Of a stretch of 57,594 nucleotides of DNA, positions 52,814 to 57,594 are shown one piece after another. The DNA is from Armatimonadota bacterium. Lineage in GTDB: Bacteria > Armatimonadota > UBA5829. Within the stretch, counting starts at the first letter, position 1. The number at the start of each line of letters is the position of its first letter. Where the stretch lies: contig JAAYKG010000060.1 of assembly GCA_012522555.1 (NCBI GenBank), positions 1 to 57,594 on the forward strand, in the 5' to 3' direction. Under the pieces are notes generated by a model. It had not been told where the DNA came from, did not search any database, and worked only from the letters and a program-made list of their open reading frames with translations. A program made the translations under genes and the position numbers.

Positions 52814-53455
52814 TCACTTTCCTTCCACTCCGGTTTTGACTATCCTTGCTGGTACGCCCATTACCTGAACGGCGTCCGGAACATCTTTAACCACCACAGA
52901 GCCTGCTGCAACTATGCTGTTTGAGCCGATGTTGATCCTGTCTATAATCGTCGAGCCGATGCCAATGTAAACGCCAGAGCCAATATTCACCATCCCGGCC
53001 ACTGTAGAGCCGGGCTGCACCGTCGTGAAGCTGCCAATGTCCGTATGATGGCCGATTATGGCGCCCTTGTTGACCAGCACTTGTTGTCCGAGAGAAGCCT
53101 TATACGACACATTGCATAGAGGGCCGATAAAGCACCCAGCCCCCAACACAGCGTCGCAAGACACCCGCGCCGTGGGATGAATAATAGTGGTGAAACTCAT
53201 CCCCAAGGCTTGCGCTTGTTCAACATATATCTTTCTATGGGTGGTGGCTATACCGCACACACATAGATGTGTGTCTTTGAATTGCGCGATATCGTCCAAC
53301 CAATATACAGGCAGCCCGCAAAGCTGCTTCTCGCACAGCGTTGGATCGAGGTTTTCGACGAAACCCGCGACCTCACAACCAGGGACCTCCGAGATCATAT
53401 CGGCCAACTCTTCGGCGAGGGTGCGGTTCCCAAGAATCAAAATTCTCCGATTCAC
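52814..53455 (-). CDS. NeuD/PglD-family sugar N-acetyltransferase (left-handed beta-helix)
   Basis: N-terminal Rossmann-like ILILGNRTLAEELADMI plus C-terminal hexapeptide repeats. 1-nt gap to the DegT gene. Confidence 0.88.
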   Translation of the reverse strand: MNRRILILGNRTLAEELADMISEVPGCEVAGFVENLDPTLCEKQLCGLPVYWLDDIAQFKDTHLCVCGIATTHRKIYVEQAQALGMSFTTIIHPTARVSCDAVLGAGCFIGPLCNVSYKASLGQQVLVNKGAIIGHHTDIGSFTTVQPGSTVAGMVNIGSGVYIGIGSTIIDRINIGSNSIVAAGSVVVKDVPDAVQVMGVPARIVKTGVEGK

Positions 53456-54568
53456 CTACCAACCCCCTCGAATAAGCTCGCAGATATAGACGATCTCTTC
53501 ATCAGTGAGATCGAGATGCAGCGGAAGTGACATCACTCTCGACGAGAACCACTCGGCATTTGGCAGAATCCCTTTTTCATACATAGGGTACAGATCATTT
53601 CTTCGGTAGTGAACCCCAACGCCGACACCATTTTCCCGTAGCTTATCGACCAACCCGTCCCTGTCTTCGGCCAGGATACAGCACAGATGCCGCGCGCTCA
53701 AGCGATCCGGTTGATATTCCAATAATTGTAATCCAGGGACATCGGCTAGCCGGGAGCTATACATATCAGCTATTTGCCTGCGCCGATTATTGTCGTTTTC
53801 CAGGCAGTCCAACTGGACTATACCGATAGCCGCCTCAATATCGGTCATGTGATACTTGAACCCGACCTCCGCGACTTGATAATCCCATTGATAGGTTTTT
53901 CCGCTGGCGCCCTCGCTGCGAAGATAGGTATCCTTGTCGATTCCCAGCCACCGCAAACGGCGCAGGCGAGCGTCGAAGTGTTCGGATCGGACGGTAAGAG
54001 CGCCACCGTCTCCCATCGGCAGATTTTTGACCGCATGAAAAGAAAAGGCATGAACATCGCCGATGCCGCCTATTTTATGCCCTTTATATTCCGCGCCGCA
54101 AGCATGTGCGCAATCTTCTACAACCGGAATATTATGCTCGGCCGCCAAAGTATATAACGCATCCAGATCGCAGGGATAGCCGCCGTAGTGCATAGCTATA
54201 ATCGCCCCCGTCTGAGGTGTTATTTTTTCCTTAATCGACTCCACGTCAATATTGCCTGTCATAGGCTCGATGTCGGCAAAGATCGGCTTGAGCTGCTCGT
54301 ATAAGATAACGTGGTTGGTCGAAACGAATGTGACCGGGGTCGTTATGATTTCTTTTCCCGCCGGGATATTCAGCACCTTAAGAGCAAGATGCAGCGCGGC
54401 TGTGCAGGAATTTAACCCGACGCAATGTGGCGAGCCGACATAATCGGCGAATCTGCCCTCGAATTCCAGTGTCTTTGGCCCAAGTCCAATCCAACCCGAC
54501 CTCAGCACATCGCCGGCGGCGGCTATGGCTTCCTCTTTGATTCGTGGTCTAAATAAGCTTATCTGCAT
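53456..54568 (-). CDS. DegT/DnrJ/EryC1/StrS-family PLP-dependent sugar aminotransferase
   Basis: SCTAALHLAL, a HAFSFHAVKNL segment whose Lys I take as the PLP-binding residue, and a typical 370-aa length. Confidence 0.93.
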   Translation of the reverse strand: MQISLFRPRIKEEAIAAAGDVLRSGWIGLGPKTLEFEGRFADYVGSPHCVGLNSCTAALHLALKVLNIPAGKEIITTPVTFVSTNHVILYEQLKPIFADIEPMTGNIDVESIKEKITPQTGAIIAMHYGGYPCDLDALYTLAAEHNIPVVEDCAHACGAEYKGHKIGGIGDVHAFSFHAVKNLPMGDGGALTVRSEHFDARLRRLRWLGIDKDTYLRSEGASGKTYQWDYQVAEVGFKYHMTDIEAAIGIVQLDCLENDNNRRRQIADMYSSRLADVPGLQLLEYQPDRLSARHLCCILAEDRDGLVDKLRENGVGVGVHYRRNDLYPMYEKGILPNAEWFSSRVMSLPLHLDLTDEEIVYICELIRGGW

Positions 54569-54587
54569 TAGAGTCCTTAGTGTTATA

Positions 54588-55478
54588 TCAGCTTGACCAT
54601 ATTCCGATCAGCGCAAAGTAATTCTGTGGAGAATAGGGCCACATATTGATCGCGCGGCGAATAGTATCTCTGGCTCCTTGCGTATCTTTTTCGGAACCGG
54701 CTTTGCTGATAGCGATTTTTCTGAGCATGCGACTATAGTTACGCCGGACACAGTTTACCAAGCCGGGCCGTTCTTCTAACGCCCAGCTAAGAGTCTTGTC
54801 CATGACCCTGAGAGTGGCTTTGCGCATAGTCTGGGTGCGCTTGTGCATCTGATCCGGATGCATTCGATATAGCGTCAACCGATCGGGCCTGGCGATGAAG
54901 CTGCGGTGTTTGGCCATGCTCAGATAGAAATCCCAATCCCCCGCACCGACGATCGATTCATCAAACATCCCGCATTCGACAACAGCATCGCGCCGCGTTA
55001 AAATACATGATGGGGTCCTGATAAAACACCCCCTGCAAAGCCGATTTAACGCGCTGCGGATGTGTTTTCGTGGTTTGGTTTCTCCTCCGATAGGCCGAAG
55101 TGATTCATCGACGGCTTTGTAATGGCAAAACACCAGTCCGGCCTGTGGGTTTTCTTCGAGTGAACACACCTGCGACGCCAAAAAGTTCGGCAGCCATATA
55201 TCATCCTGATCGAGAAAAGCAAGGTATTTGCCTTTAGAGGCACGAATGCCCACGTTTCTAACCGCAGACGCACAGGTTTTTTGTGTTTGACAAATTAGTT
55301 TGACCTTATCAACGATGTTATACTGAGCCGTATATTCCGGCCCGGAGCAATCGTCAACGATTATGATTTCATAATCATCGAAAGTTTGGCCCAGCACGCT
55401 ATCAACAGCCTGGTTCACAAAATGTGGAGCTTTATGGGCAGGAATGATCACGGATACAGCAGGAGCTTGCATTATCAT
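54588..55478 (-). CDS. family 2 glycosyltransferase
   Basis: VSVIIPAHKAPHFVNQAVDSVLGQTFDDYEIIIVDDCS and a FLDQDD (DxD) motif. Confidence 0.9.
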   Translation of the reverse strand: MIMQAPAVSVIIPAHKAPHFVNQAVDSVLGQTFDDYEIIIVDDCSGPEYTAQYNIVDKVKLICQTQKTCASAVRNVGIRASKGKYLAFLDQDDIWLPNFLASQVCSLEENPQAGLVFCHYKAVDESLRPIGGETKPRKHIRSALNRLCRGCFIRTPSCILTRRDAVVECGMFDESIVGAGDWDFYLSMAKHRSFIARPDRLTLYRMHPDQMHKRTQTMRKATLRVMDKTLSWALEERPGLVNCVRRNYSRMLRKIAISKAGSEKDTQGARDTIRRAINMWPYSPQNYFALIGIWSS

Positions 55479-55594
55479 GCCCTTTCATCGGAAGCTCTCG
55501 ACGCTGACGCGCCCGAGTTCTAATATAGCTGCTTCTCAATTCGGGGTGTTATTTCCTTCAGCCAAAAGATGGAATTAATTAAGCTTGCACAGAC

Positions 55595-55625
55595 ATAAAA
55601 AAATCGCCCGCGACTGATCGCGGGC
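55595..55625 (-). terminator. orphan terminator-like hairpin in a divergent intergenic region
   Basis: GCCCGCGA-CTGA-TCGCGGGC (55606-55625), a perfect 8-bp stem. The minus strand follows it with GATTTTTTT, while the plus strand has only TTTGC. No annotated gene reads into it. Confidence 0.35.
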
Positions 55626-55709
55626 TTTGCACATCATTCCAATATCGGAACAACAATAGAGGAAACTACGCTTATGTATAATATTGATGCACTTATCGTA
55701 CCATTGGAG

Positions 55710-55739
55710 TTGACGCAAGGGTAATCCGGTTCTTATACT
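55710..55739 (+). promoter_or_regulatory. candidate sigma-70 promoter for murJ (TTGACG-N18-TATACT), implying a leaderless or near-leaderless mRNA
   Basis: TTGACG at 55710-55715 and TATACT at 55734-55739. The murJ ATG at 55749 lies about 10 nt downstream with no SD. An alternative extended -10 (TGTATAAT) sits at 55675-55682. Confidence 0.35.
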
Positions 55740-55748
55740 AGGTTGACG

Positions 55749-57594
55749 ATGACATCACATAAGCACTTCAAGAGAGCGGCGGGTCTGATGCTGGTGGCGG
55801 TTCTCGCGAGCCGGCTGTTGGGGTTGGTTCGCGAGATGCTGATAGCCCGGCAGTTTGGATCCACAGGGGTTGTCAGCGCATATTATGCCGCGTTTAACCT
55901 TCCGGATCTGCTCTACTTCTTTTTGTCCAGCGGTGCGCTGTCGAGCGCGTTTATTCCTGAGTTCACAAAACGCTTCGAGACCGGCAAAAAGCGTGAGGCA
56001 TGGGAAGTTTCCAGTATCATCGCTTGCTTTATGGGCCTGGTGCTGCTCGCGGCGGTCGTCATTTTCTGGGTTTATGCCAAGCCGTTGGTCAGCATCCTCG
56101 CGGTGCCGGGATTTGTTACCAGATATCCCGAACTGGTTCCGCTCACCGTGCTGCTGACTCGCATCATCTTGCCCTGCCAGTTGTTTTTCTTCCTGGGTGG
56201 GCTGATGAGCGCGACATTGGAATCGCGTCAGAAGTTCGCCGCACGAGCGGCTGGGCCTGTTATCTATAACCTCGGCATCATTTTCGGCGCAGTAGCGCTA
56301 GCCAAATGGTTCAACATCGCCGGGCTTGCATTTGGAACCCTGGTCGGAGCTTTTGTCGGCAATGTGGTTTACACGTTTTATTGTATGCGCAAGGAGGGAT
56401 ATTCGTTTTATCCCAGCCTGAACCTGCGCCACCCTGGGGTTGTGCGAGTGGCCAAGCTCGCCCTGCCGGTAATATTCGGCCTGGGGCTGCCGCAGATCGA
56501 CGTTATAGTCAACAGATGGTTCGCGAGTTTCGTGTCGGCAAGCGCTCCGGCAGACCTCAACTTCGCCAACCGCCTCATGCAGGTCCCACTCGGCAGTTTC
56601 GCTCAGGCAGCCGGGACTGCCATTCTGCCGATGCTGTCGGCTTATGCAGCAAAAAACGCGCTCAGCGATATGCGCAGCGGGGTCAGTTACGGTCTCCGCG
56701 GAATTATGGTGGAAAGCCTGCCCGCGACAGCTTTTATGGTGGTGATGGCTGATCCTTTGGTGCGGGCGATATATATGGGGGGAGAATTCAAACCCTCCAG
56801 CGTAGCGCCGGTCGCGTTATTGTTGATATGGTATTCCGTAGGGATCTTCGCCTGGGCGGGCCAAAGAATAGTGGCTCCTGGGTTCTTCGCTTTGCAGGAT
56901 ACACTTACCCCCGTAGTCATCGGCACCGTATCGACCGTCATATTTATCCCGCTCAATGTGATCCTTATGAAGTCTATGGGCGCGCCGGGTATCGCGCTGG
57001 CGACCACGATAGGCATCACCCTGCACTTCGTCGGCATGAGTTGGGTGTTGCGAAAGAGACTACGCGGACTTGACGGAGCCAAAATGATCCGAACAATCGG
57101 ATTATCTTTGGTTGCGGCTGCGCTGATGGGCGCTGCGTGTTTCGGAGTGAGGATAGGGATGTCCCAGGCTCTTGGCGCGTGGCAGCTTCAGGATGGGGAT
57201 ATTTCAAACCCGACCGCACTCGCTGAAAAATTGGAGCGCGATAACCACCCTCTGTCGGGTTTCATATATTCGGAGGTCAGGGACAAAACACGCAAGCTGA
57301 TAGACGACGATCAACAGGCCGCTCAACTGGCTCCGGATATCAGAGTCCTGCTGGTCGGCGAGCTGAATCGGATATTGCAGGATGATTCACTCTATCAAAG
57401 CGACAGATTTGCCAGAATTCTGCTGCCGTCGGATGTCAAGCAATCCGTCCGACAGCGCCCCTCCCAAGAGCAGCTCACCGATTTGAATAGACGGTTAATC
57501 GAGTCCGCCTATCTCGATACAATAAGCCGCCGCCAAGGCAAAACAATGTCGGATCGCGTGCAGGCCTGGCTGCGGCGAATGCTCGAAGATCCGC
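55749..57594 (+). CDS. murJ: lipid II flippase MurJ (MviN) with a C-terminal soluble extension; 3' end lies outside the window
   Basis: Not in the ORF track because the frame stays open to the window end. LASRLLGLVREMLIARQFGSTGVVSAYYAAFNLPDLLYFFLSSGALSSAFIP is the canonical MurJ N-terminus. After about 480 aa of TM region a hydrophilic tail continues to 57594. Confidence 0.9.
   Translation, partial: MTSHKHFKRAAGLMLVAVLASRLLGLVREMLIARQFGSTGVVSAYYAAFNLPDLLYFFLSSGALSSAFIPEFTKRFETGKKREAWEVSSIIACFMGLVLLAAVVIFWVYAKPLVSILAVPGFVTRYPELVPLTVLLTRIILPCQLFFFLGGLMSATLESRQKFAARAAGPVIYNLGIIFGAVALAKWFNIAGLAFGTLVGAFVGNVVYTFYCMRKEGYSFYPSLNLRHPGVVRVAKLALPVIFGLGLPQIDVIVNRWFASFVSASAPADLNFANRLMQVPLGSFAQAAGTAILPMLSAYAAKNALSDMRSGVSYGLRGIMVESLPATAFMVVMADPLVRAIYMGGEFKPSSVAPVALLLIWYSVGIFAWAGQRIVAPGFFALQDTLTPVVIGTVSTVIFIPLNVILMKSMGAPGIALATTIGITLHFVGMSWVLRKRLRGLDGAKMIRTIGLSLVAAALMGAACFGVRIGMSQALGAWQLQDGDISNPTALAEKLERDNHPLSGFIYSEVRDKTRKLIDDDQQAAQLAPDIRVLLVGELNRILQDDSLYQSDRFARILLPSDVKQSVRQRPSQEQLTDLNRRLIESAYLDTISRRQGKTMSDRVQAWLRRMLEDP

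Noticed and set aside
1-57594. Alternative genetic code (TGA or TAG reassigned) as an explanation for the in-frame stops in parA and the 20623 gene
   Set aside because: TGA terminates trxB and lysC, and TAG terminates accD, resB and the C25 peptidase, all at the expected protein lengths. The standard code fits every well-supported gene. The third disruption is a frameshift, which recoding cannot explain.
1-57594. CRISPR arrays, IS elements, integrases, prophage or defence-system genes
   Set aside because: I looked for regularly spaced direct repeats, terminal inverted repeats flanking transposase-like ORFs, and nuclease, helicase or methylase clusters, and found none. The only repeats are the short GC-rich palindromes reported above.

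Overview
57.6-kb chromosomal window from a moderately GC-rich bacterium, with about 55 protein genes and one tRNA-Gln(CUG). I saw no rRNA, CRISPR array, IS element or integrase. The phylum cannot be fixed from sequence alone. Gene content suggests an environmental diderm lineage: system II cytochrome c biogenesis, Tat-signal Gfo/Idh/MocA and TIM-barrel enzymes, an FGE-sulfatase-domain protein, FlgM, and an rpsU-yqeY-pgpH-ybeY-dgkA-corC block. Most of the window is housekeeping: grx-trxB-hemW, rpsT, accA/accD, resB-ccsA-sirC-hemA-hemX-like, lysC, mtaB, parAB, a ribose-type ABC transporter, a NeuD/DegT/GT2 sugar cassette and murJ. The main result is two paralogous c-di-GMP-I (GEMM-I) riboswitch aptamers that no ORF explains. 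One lies in the flgM leader (minus strand, about 28243-28330), directly behind a sigma-28-type promoter. The other (plus strand, about 44262-44352) precedes an operon encoding an HD-GYP/GAF/GGDEF enzyme, a 62-aa protein with 11 cysteines, and a degenerate GGDEF protein that keeps its RxxD I-site. The second aptamer has a 14-nt perfect anti-aptamer complement followed by a U-tract. I rate this riboswitch-gated operon as the best candidate for an undescribed signalling module. Three genes are disrupted: parA by an in-frame TGA at a conserved Arg, a secreted protein by an in-frame TAG, and a BKACE enzyme by a 1-nt frameshift in a homopolymer. Other observations are GC-rich nested palindromic repeats at two intergenic sites, a giant gingipain-like C25 peptidase, an unusually long galactokinase-like GHMP kinase, a DgkA-PAP2 fusion, and an SSS transporter with a large soluble insertion.
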